Shown here: piece after piece, positions 12,007 through 23,289 of the stretch | Layout of the letters: the number at the start of each line of letters is the position of its first letter | How positions within the stretch are numbered: the first letter of the stretch is position 1 | DNA from: Psilocybe cubensis | Lineage: Eukaryota | Reading direction: 5' to 3' | DNA: 64,000 bases | Assembly: GCA_017499595.2 (NCBI GenBank) | Contig: CM038998.1 | Location: 620,001 to 684,000 of the forward strand | Notes under the pieces: model-generated | What the model was told of the DNA's origin: nothing | Database searches by the model: none | What the model saw: only the letters and a program-made list of their open reading frames with translations | Position numbers and translations under genes: made by a program

Positions 12007-12200
12007 TGGACTCGACTTAAGGTCGTCCATGTGAACTCGACTATGCGTCGTTCACTTATTTTTTCCGTTTACTTTTTATGGACTCGACTTTATGTCGTCC
12101 ATGTGAACTCGACTATGCGTCGTTCACTTATTACTTCCGTTTACTTTTTATGGACTCGACTTAATGTCGTCCATATGAACTCGACTATGCGTCGTTCATA
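12007..12200 (+). repeat. Bulged-hairpin cluster 2 (6 units in three ~72-bp tandem repeats) upstream of cargo gene B
   Basis: TGGAC-TC-GAC-TTAAG-GTC-GTCCA alternating with GTGAAC-TC-GAC-TATGC-GTC-GTTCAC. Confidence 0.9.
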
Positions 12201-12251
12201 CATTTTCCCCCGTCAATCCAATGGATAACCGACACCGGATCCAGCAGAAAA

Positions 12252-14439
12252 ATGTCTCGCTGTATCACCCCTGAAGACCTGCTTAAAGATCCATCGATCC
12301 TTCTTCGAAAGAAAGGCCATGATTCCTCCGAGGGTGAGTTTCTGTTCTACAATTTCCAGTCTTTTTATCTATACTTTACCAGGTCTTCGCAGTTTTGAAG
12401 GCCAAGTTGGAGCCGTAGTGTGGGAAGGAAGTCATTTCGTTACAAGCCCGAACATGGATCATATCTGGGAGCCCCCCAGAGTATCCCGGATTACTTACAT
12501 GGAGGATATGCGGTACGGAGAACACGATCCCCTTCAATGGCCCCAACCCTTCATTGGGAGTTTTTGCTATCTTGCCGCCATTCGTCGAAGGCCCGACGAT
12601 CTTCGTGCAATCAATCGATTTTTTATAGCGTTTTATCGCTTAGAAGATTCTGACTTACTTGCGCAAGAAGGGGTTCTTAGCGGACTGTATACCTTGACTC
12701 CCCGATTGGTCTCCCTAGCGAAGAACTTTGTACAAAACAGAGTTATTGCAAAATCGAAAGAATATGAAAGCCAGGATGATGCACCCAAAAACGACATCTT
12801 GTTGAAGCTCCAACCGTCAATCCTTCGAACAGTCAATCATCTCGAAAACCTCCCAATGACACGACGAAAAATAAAATTCTTATTTGCCGAACTACAAAGA
12901 TATTTTCTGGAATTTACAGCCGCCTTTGAATACCTGACAATCTATCTCCCCAGGATCAAAGGTACTATGCCAGCTGCCACGGCGGCTAATAAAAAACTCA
13001 TTGGTGCTTTTGTTCAAACTGCGGCGGATGCGGACGACCTTTTCCGAGCGGGTATTCCAGTGTGGGTGATTCGTGAGGCCAAATGGGCAGGGAATGACCG
13101 TGTAGATTCGTTGTGCGAGGTACAGAAACCACAGGATTATCTTTGTCTGGACAGTGCTTTTTTGCATTTTCCAGTGGATTATCGTGACTCGTTGACCAGC
13201 CCGAACAAGTATATCACTTTCGGTCGATTCGCACGAGGCTTTCTTTCATACGGGGATGCATATAACCTGCGAGCGTACGAAGCTCCCATTCCGCAATCGA
13301 CCGGTTCAGAGCAGACCTCGTCAACCTTTAAAATAGGTCCTAGAGTGGCCACGAGCCGCGAGATCAGAAAATCAAAACAGCCGTGTAAGTCGCAATTCGT
13401 TTGAACATGAAGAAATTGTACCTCATTTATTACGATTATAGATCCTATACCACAGAGGCAGGATTTCTCAGAGCCGGTTAGTGTCTACTTACCACCATCT
13501 CAAGAAGCATGGGCCTCGGGGCTTTGCAAAATCAACACTGATGCCAAGAGGTCGCTCCTGGTCTCTCGTTCTATGGCTCAAGGTGGATACATTCTGCCTA
13601 ACCCTGAAGCCTTTATCGGAGTAACGACAAGCAACAAGCGCGAGTTATACATCACAAACTGGCTGAAGTACCGCTCGGCCCTCATGTATTGCCTTACAGA
13701 AAGCCAGGGACGGTGTCCGCTGAGTAGTCAACTGTGGCGAGATCTACTCAGACTCCCTGTGGATGCTCTCCCGTCTACCATAACTCAACCAGCCGCCACG
13801 GCATCGTCGTCGACAAGCACCCGAACATCTAGTAAAAGTTCTCAAAGGGGTGAGATTCTACAAAGAATTTTCGAAAACTTTGACTTTCATGCATCCGGAG
13901 TTGCAGTCAATGGTCACGAACACCAGGTCACGTGGCGAGGTCAAGCTCTGATAAAGGGCCAAGAACTGGATATAAACCTAGTACGAGAGGTGCTCTGGGA
14001 GTTATCAGAGCTCAACTTTCGGTTTGATCTCATTGCGTTGGACCATCATCTTTATCGTAGGACCCTCAAGGTTGAAAGAGAAGGCCAAATTCTCCAGTCT
14101 CGTGAAGACGATATTCTCCTTTGTTTCGCAGGTGGGCCCTTGGGCACATCTCCATTTCTCGCACACATCGCCAATGCGGATATCGGCATTGCCGCTGGTG
14201 ATTGGATGGTTCGTCGCGCATACATCATATACCTGCGGAATGCCATGCGAGACTGGGAGGGTTTTGACTCCGCGGCCAAGCAGTGCCATGAAGTAGATCT
14301 GTTCACCAGATCTTCGGATATTTTATCTTTTGCGGAACACCAATATTTGCTCTTTGAGGTTGTACTGGTCCGACTTTTTATTCAGCTTTTCTATGATGCA
14401 TTTGGTCGTGCGCCCGTCATACCACGTCGATTACATTGA
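12252..14439 (+). CDS. Cargo gene B: uncharacterised ~693-aa protein. Exons 12252-12333, 12383-13384, 13442-14439
   Basis: Splices in frame without stops. Motifs VTSPN, RYGEHDPLQWPQPF, AGIPVWVIR, LPPSQEAWASGL, LWELSELNFRFDLIALD and FGRAPVIP recall a repetitive agaricomycete family of unknown function. Confidence 0.8.
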
Positions 14440-14712
14440 ACTTGTACTGTTATTGTAGCTAATTTTCTTGAATTTTTTGGACCTTACAAGTTTTTCAATA
14501 TATGTATTACCTTTTTTATCTCTATAAACATCAAGCTGTTGATTTTGGACTCAAATCCCAATCAATAATGTCTAAATAAGGCCGATCGAATATTTGTTAG
14601 AATGTTGATTGAATTTCGTCCATGACCAAAATCGGAACAAAAGCGGAGTTTCAATTTTGAAATCCCTCGTTGCCATGTCGTTCCACTTTTCGTTCTCATC
14701 ATTTTCCACATT

Positions 14713-15131
14713 GACCTCGACTGTGTGTCGGTCGTGTAGGCTTGACTGTGCGTCGCCTACTGTCTGCTCTTCTCGTCATACTTGCTCTTCTCGCCATACT
14801 CGGGCGCTCCTCATCCTGGGTCCTGTCCTTCCGCCTTTCTCTCTGGTACCCCTGGCCATTGGTTTTCAAACATCCCCTTGACCTCGACTTTGTGTCGGTC
14901 GTATAGGCTCGACTTTGCGTCGCCTAACATCCCCTTGACCTCGACTGTGCGTCGGTCGTGTAGGCTTGACTGAGCGTTGCCTACTGTCTGCTCTTCTCGC
15001 CATACTCGGGCGCTCCTCATCCTGTGTCCTGTCCTTCCGCCTTTCTCTCTGGTACCCCTGGCCATTGGTCTTCAAACATCCCCTTGACCTCGACTATGTG
15101 TCGGTCGTATAGGCTTGACTTTGCGTCGCCT
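14713..15131 (+). repeat. Bulged-hairpin cluster 3 (8 units) upstream of cargo gene C
   Basis: GACC-TC-GAC-TGTGT-GTC-GGTC paired with (G)TAGGC-TT/TC-GAC-TGTGC-GTC-GCCTA(C), four pairs, interleaved with a duplicated ~110-bp block. Confidence 0.9.
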
Positions 15132-15387
15132 GCTACCTACCTTTCTCAAACAGGAACTCGGCGCCTTTCTCCGCAAACTTCTCCAAATGGCCAGGCCACG
15201 CTTTGTCGGTGGCCGCGACTCTTCAATCTTGGCGCAAACTTGGCGCAAACTTCTCTAGTTGGTTAGGCCACGATTCGTCGGTGGCCACTATTCTTCAATA
15301 TTATGCAGTGGCATGATGGGAGGGGTATACGGACACGCAGGTGCGTGTTTAAATTCAAAGACACACTGGCCATCCCACTAATTCTTT

Positions 15388-16612
15388 ATGCCTCCAGCTC
15401 CTCCTCCTGCATCGTTTGGACCTCTCTCTGGTGCGCATCCTGAGTACCGGGGGATCTACAAAACCGCTGCTTTGGAGAAAGTGAAACAAAACATCAAACT
15501 CTTTCTGTTACAACACACCAAAAACCCAGGACCGCAGAAACCTCACAAGCCTGACCATCCTGAATCTAGACCCCAACTTTGTTTCGGGGGTGGATCCCAT
15601 CGCGCTAATGCTGGACGGTGGCTTCAAGTTTGCCAGAAGCAATCGTGCTATATGCATCAACGACCGCGGTTTGTTACCGAACCTTTATCACCAGAGGTTT
15701 TGTCTGGACTTGATGCCCTGTTTGCCATTCAAGATGAAATTCATGCGTATATGCCACGTACCATGACATCAGCTAACAACCCAGTTGCTCGACCATGTGT
15801 TGCTTCACCATCATCTTCCTTGCCCCCTTCGTCTGCACCCAGCGCGTCCCCTGCCTTGTCCCCTTCGCCTGCGCTTAGCTCGTCTCCTTGTAGGCGCAAT
15901 AGGGCTGTACCGGCTGTTTTCTCCACACCCACATCACAACCCTCTTCCTCCAAGCGTCGTCTGTCGCCACCGCCTTTTGCATCAACTTCACAAGCTTCAT
16001 CCTCCAAGCGTCGTCTGTCGCCACCGCCTTTCACACCAACTTCGCAAGCTTCATCCTCCAAGCGTCCTCTTTTGCCATTGCCTGAGCCTGACTGTGTTTC
16101 CCCTTTCAAACGACGTAAAATTCTTGATGTATTGGATGAGCTACCACCACCTAACGTGCCTCAAGGTATAGACGAGGCGGAAATACGGCGCCGAATCAAT
16201 ATCTTGCTTGATGCCCTTGAACCTGCGGCTGCGCCAACTAGCCCCCCAGTAGCACCTCCTGCACGGTCTCCCTCCACGCCTGAAGCAGTAGACGAGGCAG
16301 AGATATTTGACCTTACTCGACCGGTTCTTGTTTTATTTATGTTGCAGGTTGGGTTATTGCTTTATTGTTTTATAATTCAATGCTAATTCATTGGAATAGG
16401 ATCATAGTCAATTTGAAGAAACCCTTTACCCGCGCCATGATGGTCGCCTCTGTCTGAACGACTACAAGCTTCTTCTAGGACGCCAGGGGTTTGAACAAGG
16501 TTTATACATTGAGTATTTTTGCTTCAACACAGATGAATGGACCCCTTGTCTGTGGGCCACCCGGCACCTGATCTCAGGCCACGATCAAATTTTGCGATTC
16601 CGTTATGCATAG
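15388..16612 (+). CDS. Cargo gene C: ~390-aa protein with a GRF-zinc-finger-like N-terminal motif, S/P-rich linker and small C-terminal domain. Exons 15388-16347, 16400-16612
   Basis: HKPDH...LCFGGGSHRANAGRWLQVCQKQSC...RFVT; repeats SSSKRRLSPPPF; exon 2 DHSQFEETLYP...LRFRYA* is in frame. Confidence 0.7.
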
Positions 16613-16857
16613 TGGCCAGAACTTAGAATATAATGAATATATCTGCTTTTACAAATTCCCTTGGTGACACGATTAATTCTGCCGATTCCTTATTATAGGC
16701 GTATGCTTGGCCACCAATGCCCAAGCAAAATGTATTGACTGAGTGGTGGCATGACCACAAAATTGCCGATTGTGGCACTTCGGGATGTAGGATGGCATAC
16801 ATCAACTGAAAGTACAATAAACCTTTCCTCTTTGCCAATATTTTGCCCCCACCCGTC

Positions 16858-19800
16858 ATGAAGCTAACCGCCAAAACACTTTTGAAGCACCGCGCGCAAC
16901 AAGAAGCCGAAAACGAGAGCCCTAAACGCCTCCGACCCACTGCACCTCATCTCACGGAATATACCTGTCAAAATTCAACTTCTATTACCCATACAACTAT
17001 TCTTGCCGACAACGGACATATACCTTCTCTGCAGTCCAAGGAGAAGGTTGAGGCCAAATTACCTCCCAGTGTCTCGGAACCTCCGGCTAAGCCTTCGGAG
17101 GTTGGTTGTTTTCACTTTGGAATTTTCCTGGTGCAACGTTGCTAATTAATATTGTGCACAGCTTACCGAGGAGCTTCAAGCATTCCAGGATAACAAAGAC
17201 GAACTTTTAGACTATCTTTTTGAGCGAGAACACCATCCTCTCATTGGAACACCCTGCCAATGTGGTCAGGGAACACGTTTAGTCTGCTGCACGGAATGTC
17301 TGGGACACAATGCCACTTGTCGTCTCTGCTTTATCGCCGCTCATCTCTCAATGCCATGCCACTGGGCTTTGGTTTGGCAAGAAGGGGAACACGGTGGATT
17401 CTTTGTGAAGCGAGACATATCGCAACTTATTCCAGGTGGCAATTTTGCCATCCCTCTTGGTCATGGAGGTCTTCGGTGTCCGGGCCCAGAAACCGAAGAA
17501 GAAAACGTGTTCTTCCAGATAATTGACCACAATGGTGTTCACGATACTCGCGTGCACTTCTGTACATGCCTTGGCCGGCCAAATCGTGTACGGCAACTCA
17601 TCCAGTTCGGTTTTTTCCCTGCGACACTCAAACAGCCAAAAATGGCATTCACACTCACAGTCCTCAAGCAATTCCACCTGCACCATCTTGAATCAAAGGA
17701 ATCAGCTTACGATTTTATTGGGGCTCTTCGGCGGCTGACCGATAACATGTTTGCAGCCAGTACCACCAATCCTTATCCCCAATTTCTACGGGTAATGCGC
17801 TTTTGGCGTGTTTTGATTGCTACAAAACGTCTGGGTCAAGCCCACGGTATTGACCAGTTGCTTCCTCATCGGCCACCAGGCAATCTGCTTGTGTTTTGTC
17901 CGGCTTGCCCCGAGGCCGGGCTTAATATGGAGAAGAATTGGGACCAGACACCTAAGGAATTCAGTCATTTAAACCAGATGCAACTTACCCTCGACGGAAA
18001 TTTTCACGCCAACAGATACAACAAAAATAGTTCTGATGACGATTATTCATTATATGAAGGACGTGCCTACTATCCCACTGATTCCGATTTTAAATCTTAT
18101 CTGCGTTCTTTACCTGCTCAAGACATTGCCGACAAGATTGATTGCCCTATCAAAGCTGTGAAGAATCGCAATCTTGTTATGGAGAATCTTTCGGAGACGG
18201 GTATAATCAATGTTCAGTGCCCACATGTCATAGTTGTGTCAACTGTGGATCTTCAACGTGGTGAAAGATTTGCTAACACAGATTATGCTGTGGCCCTGGC
18301 GCTCCGCCGGATTAGAGACACAGGAAAGAACAACAGTGACCAGTATCTTACCTGGCTGGCAGCGTGGATATCGTATGACATGGTGTGCTCTTACTGGGTG
18401 AACATTGTGTCACGTTTCAAAGTCTACTTCCCTGATCTGGTCGAAATTGTCAAACGTCTTTCGTTTTTAATTCCCCTTGTTCATGTTCATAATCACAAAG
18501 AGAATTGTGAATACCTTTATTCATCTGCGTATCAATCAGGCGCGGGACATTTCCATGGCGAAACAGCAGAACACGAATGGGTTGAACTTAATCAATTGGC
18601 ACCCCAAGTCCGTCAAATGAACAATGGCCATCGTCAAGACACCCTGATTGACCACCACGGGGATTGGAATTTCAAGAAAATGGCGAATATGGCCTCGTCG
18701 CTAGAGACAGACATTGTCCATTCCCGGAAGATTTTTCACAAAAAACGCGATGACTTTATTGCAAAGACAGCGCTGTATTCGGATCGTGCCCCGTTATGGA
18801 ATTGCCTTGATCGTGAACTGAGAACGGTTAGCGCAGACAAAGAGATTCAGTGCGTATTCCGACACAAGACAGGAAAAGGTGAGCGATAATCAGCTCGATA
18901 TTTAACATATCTCATTCTTGCAGTTCCTTCTCAGGCCAAAATATACGAAGGATTGGTTGACAGATTGAAGAAATTGGCCGACAAATCAGACAACACATTT
19001 TTGAATATGGAAAGTTCTGTACGTCTAATCAATGAGGGCATTATCATTGAACGAAAACAGTATGTGGTTTATATGTCCATTTATAAGCATCTCATGAGTA
19101 AGATAGACAGGAGTTGGCGTCAAAATTAGCATCTGAGGAATATCCCATGGCTCCGAAGGAAATGCTCAGTCGTCGTACCAAGCTAGCCAAACTTATCAAA
19201 GGATGGAAGACTCTGCAGCAGGATGTCATGGGCACTGCTCTGTGTAGTGTGGAAACTTCGTCAATTGATAAACCAGAATGCACAAAACTCTATCTTCCAT
19301 CTTCATTCTCGGCTACTGATCGTGCAAAATATGATCTGGAAGGTCTTGCGGCAGACGAGCTTCTCTTACGGAAAGGAAATATCTTTGATACCATTCGCAA
19401 CATTCAAGATACATCGAAAACACTATCCTCGATGCGTACTGAGAGGCAACAAAACGACCGTGGACAGACTGCTCGGACACGGTCAAAGTCGAAATTAGAA
19501 GATGTAGAACGCCTTCTAAGCCTGCAAATCCACATATATAATCTCTGTCGGCAAGCTCTTGTGTCCCTAGGCGGTGATGAATACTCCAGCATGTTCCCAG
19601 AAATGACTGTAGCCGACACGTACTGGGTACCTACCCATCTTCGACGTGAAATTGGTACGTCAAGAAAGTCAGATGGTCGGATATTCAACCCGGGTATTAC
19701 TGGCGGGGCGCAAGGGAGAGCTCCGGGTGTGTCTAATTATCTTGAGTCCACCATGGATGTGATACAAACACAAGGGTCCAAACCCAAACCTAGGAACGAC

Positions 19801-20346
19801 AAAAAGTTGGGCAAAGACAAGAAAGGCACTAATCGTGGTTCTGGCATATCTCCCCCCAAAAACGATGAAAAGGTCAAGAAAGATGGATGGATTTGGTCGC
19901 TTGCGGAGCTAGTGAACTTGACGCCTGAAGATATCGAGGCCTGGTCCGATGAAAGTGATCGGGTCAAATGGTTTCGTGCAGAAGCTGAAATGCGACGTTG
20001 GCAAGAAGAGAACGAAATCAACCAAGCACAATTTTTACGATGCATCCGTTCATTCCACGTAATGTCCAAGCACTGGACACAACTGGCGAAGATGAATGCT
20101 ACTGACCCCGGCCGTGTGGCATATGCAAAAAAAATGTCGGCTCGGTTTTCTCGGTTGGAAAGTGATGCGAAAGAGCGCCTTGTGCGAGCAGGATATCGAG
20201 AACTGGTGGATAACTACACTGGCGAGAATGCTCCGCTTCTCAGTGAGCATATGGCCGCTAACCGAACCGCAATGTACGCACCAATTTCCGACCTTCTGGT
20301 TTCATTTTCCACAACCCCATCTTCGTTGAATCCATCGCAGGTTTAA
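16858..20346 (+). CDS. CxC2-KDZ transposase, ~1111 aa. Exons 16858-17100, 17162-18878, 18924-19059, 19107-20346
   Basis: Cys cluster CQC...CTEC...CRLC...H...PCHW and HFCTC...QLIQFGFFPAT...AFT; CPACP; KDZ core LDGNFH, CPH...DLQRGERFANTDY, SYDMVC, IPLVHVHNHKENC, GAGHFHGETAEHEW; later WIW and VKWFRAEAEMRRWQEE. Exon lengths sum to 3336 nt, open. Confidence 0.92.
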
Positions 20347-20693
20347 AGAGCGTTTAATTGTGGTTGCTGTTTAATCTTCTCTGTCGTCTTCAACATTGTT
20401 TATTCCTTTGTAGCTGTTTAATTTTACCAGTTCATTTAAACATTGCTTAATTTTTTGGACTGTTTAATTGTCGATTGTGTTTAAACAGCGATGAATGCTT
20501 CTAACTTTACTTTGTCTCTATGTCATTTTTGTTTTAATAGACTACTTTTTTGTACACCAACCGTATATGATTTCAGAGCTAACTAGTACATGGGTCAAAA
20601 TAGACTAAAGAGACTTGCATGAACATGGTTTAAACCCCACGTGGGATTAAACGGCCCTTTTATGTCATAGACCGATGTTTAAACAAAGTCCAG
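20325..20693 (-). repeat. Right subterminal inverted repeat (369 bp); contains the transposase ORF stop
   Basis: Reverse complement of 8791-9159. Confidence 0.95.
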
Positions 20694-20703
20694 GGGGTTA
20701 CGG

Positions 20704-21983
20704 CAAAGCGAAGGTAGAACCCAAAGATCAAGTTTGGTCGCTCGATGTAGCTGAATCGGGTGCTAACAACGGCGCCTCGACGGTCCCATCGCATGAACCG
20801 CGCGAATTCCCCTAGAATCAACAAGGAAAAGAAATGGGACCTGAACGACATAGACATCGCTACACCAGCATAGGCGGCAATTTGACCACGCGTACGGATC
20901 GCACGCTGTGTATCTTTCTCGACTTCAGGGACCAGAGCGCGAGAGCCCGCAGATTGTGTGGAAGTGCCGGCGGTATTGACCAGGGGAGGTTGTTCGACAT
21001 CCTCTTTCCACTCGTGCTGAGAATCCTTTGACGGGGCGTGTTTAGCACCCTCTTCAGAGCTTTCAGAATCTCCTTTTTTGTTGACAACGCTGAGAGAGCT
21101 AGCACGCTTGTCTGCATTTCCGGCCCCATTTCCGGTGCTATTAGCACTGCTAGTAGAAATGGAAGAATCCCAACAACCAATAACGTCCATGAACGGGTAT
21201 TTGTTGTTTAGTAGTTCATTGTTAACGTGGTCGTGCTGAGAATCCTTTGGCGGCGCGTGTTCAGCACTCTCTTCAGAAACATCACCGAGATCTTCGTTGA
21301 AGGTTTCAGCATCTCCTGCAATTTCATCAACAACGTCGAGAGAACTAGGGGGCTTGTCTGCCTCCTCGGCACCTTTTTGAGAGGCGAGTTCAGCGCTAGC
21401 AGAGTTGGAAGGATCTTGGTCACCAGTAGCGTTCTCGTTGGGGTTCTCGGTGTTCGGTTTTTCATCGTTAACATGGGCAAATGCGTCGTACGTGTGGTCA
21501 ACTCTAAACTCTTCGTGTGTTTGTTGAAGAGAAAATGCGCATGAACCCTTCGAAGGTACGGATGGAAAATCTGATTGCCAATACGTAGACACGCCCACAT
21601 TCAATGACGCGCAATCAACATCGGGCTTTTTGAAGTGCGCAAACCGCAATTTCTGACTGTTGTCAATTCCAGTGACCCAGTCATCCAAAGCGTCGACCTG
21701 CCAAAAAAGTTTTAGTATAGCCTTCGTTATCAGACAAAGGTCTTACATAGTGCTTATACATAGAACGTTCTGGATGTCTTGCGCCATTGACTGGCGGTAC
21801 AGATTTGAGGTTGTTTTCTCTAGTTTCGCTTACAACTTGTTGTTGATAATGTGTTGGTGTGTTCTCGTCCCAGGGAAGAAAGTTGTCTAAGAATTCGAGT
21901 GGGTCCATCCCAACGAGATAGTGACCTCTGGTCTCATTTGCGATTTGAGCATACGCTTCGTCTGGCACTGGTGCCTGGCTCAT
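20704..21983 (-). pseudogene. 5' half of the interrupted FunK1 kinase gene. Exons 21983-21747 and 21697-20704
   Basis: HYLVGMDPLEFLDNFLP, KPDV, TRGQIAAYAGVAMSMSFRSHFFSLLILGEFARFMRWDRRGAVVSTRFSY...FGFYLRF are typical FunK1 N-terminal motifs. Confidence 0.9.
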
Positions 21984-23289
21984 GGCGGCCTGGATTTGGG
22001 TAGTAGATTTAACAGAGAGAGCGGTATTTCTTGAACAGGAGGTGGATTTCGGTCGATAGGAGTGACTGGTGCGGCAGTATCAAATTTAATCACCACATGC
22101 AGTGTTAAATAATCCATGGCCAAATATGGAAAACTTATTTACGTTTTGGCCAAATACGTGAAGGATATTGAATAAACTACTATATTTAGAAGGTAGACGA
22201 AAATAAATTTCACATAAATCGCAACAAATTATTTAACCGTGCACGTAGTAAAAAGCGACATGGTATCTCTATGGCATGATTGTCTGCTACGGGGGATATA
22301 TACTAATAGTCATTCCGTTGAAAATCGTTCGTAACCAATTAATATATTTCCACGCTCACGAAAACATATGTACAATCGGACTCAATTGCCAAGATACAAC
22401 TTGAACGTCCCATTAAGTTTACAATGCAAGAAGATTTTCCGACGGTGGTCGGCTGACAGTAGGGGCACTGTGTTCTGGAGAGGAATTCAGCTCATTTAAG
22501 TTTGCTTAGTAGTATTTCCCCTTTCCGCAATCATTCCAAGGGCATTGGCAGTTTAGAACAATAGCCCAACCTTATCCGAATCTGACCTCCAGTGGGTAGC
22601 TTTGCTATAGGAACTTAGATGAAGGTACATATAACAACTATATTTTCTTAAATTACATAGACACACTGTCATAAACATACACCTCGCGTTATGTTTTTTT
22701 AGTTCAATTTCTTGAATTCAAGCGGCCTTACTCTACGCGTTCGATACGCGTCCAATATTGCTTCCACGTGACCGGGACCATGGTTTAGGAGAGAATCAGC
22801 AATGAGAGCGACGTTAGCTTGAGCAAATATGGTTGCGAATGTTAGGTTGAGGGTCCAACAAGTGACCACACGCTTCAAGTAGGCTGAAAACTTGATTTTG
22901 ACTTAAGGGCCCCTTGCAAGCGGTCCGTACTTGATAGCTGAGTGGACACAAATTTGGCATCCTGCCCTTCGCCTCGTTTAGTCTTACCCGACTGCCACTA
23001 GAATATAGATGTTTAGTTGAGTTTAGTATCGCTTTGCAGGGCGTAGTGCAGAATAGCATCAACTTCATATGGCCCACCACACCCGACACTAGATGAAGAA
23101 TAAGAAATAGCCCAGAAAGACTGTGACTGTTGAATTTGAATACCCATAACGGTATCATCTTGTCTTGCGATCGATCTATATTGCGCACTCGTTGTTTTCG
23201 TGAAGTGGGTCCAAGCGATTGACAATACCAGTAAGTAAAGGCTGACCATGGCCACAGGAGCAAAGATGGATGGGGGTGCCACTCAGAAA

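Larger units (their letters stand above)
8782..20703 (+). mobile_element. Complete KDZ (Kyakuja-Dileera-Zisupton) type DNA transposon, 11,922 bp, with transposase and three cargo genes
   Basis: 8-bp direct repeat CAAAGCGA at 8774-8781 and 20704-20711; 369-bp inverted repeats at 8791-9159 and 20325-20693; CxC2-KDZ transposase inside; excision restores the kinase frame. Confidence 0.95.

Noticed and set aside
11442-12200. CRISPR-like appearance of regularly spaced palindromic repeats
   Set aside because: Eukaryotic context, no cas genes, and the intervening sequences are themselves repeated rather than unique spacers.
8782-20703. TET/JBP dioxygenase cargo, often linked to fungal KDZ elements
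   Set aside because: No HxD...H 2OG-Fe(II) signature recognised in genes A, B or C.
21010-21280. Internal peptide duplication in the FunK1 insert (EHAPPKDSQH / KHAPSKDSQH)
   Set aside because: In-frame duplication in a low-complexity linker; ordinary for this family.
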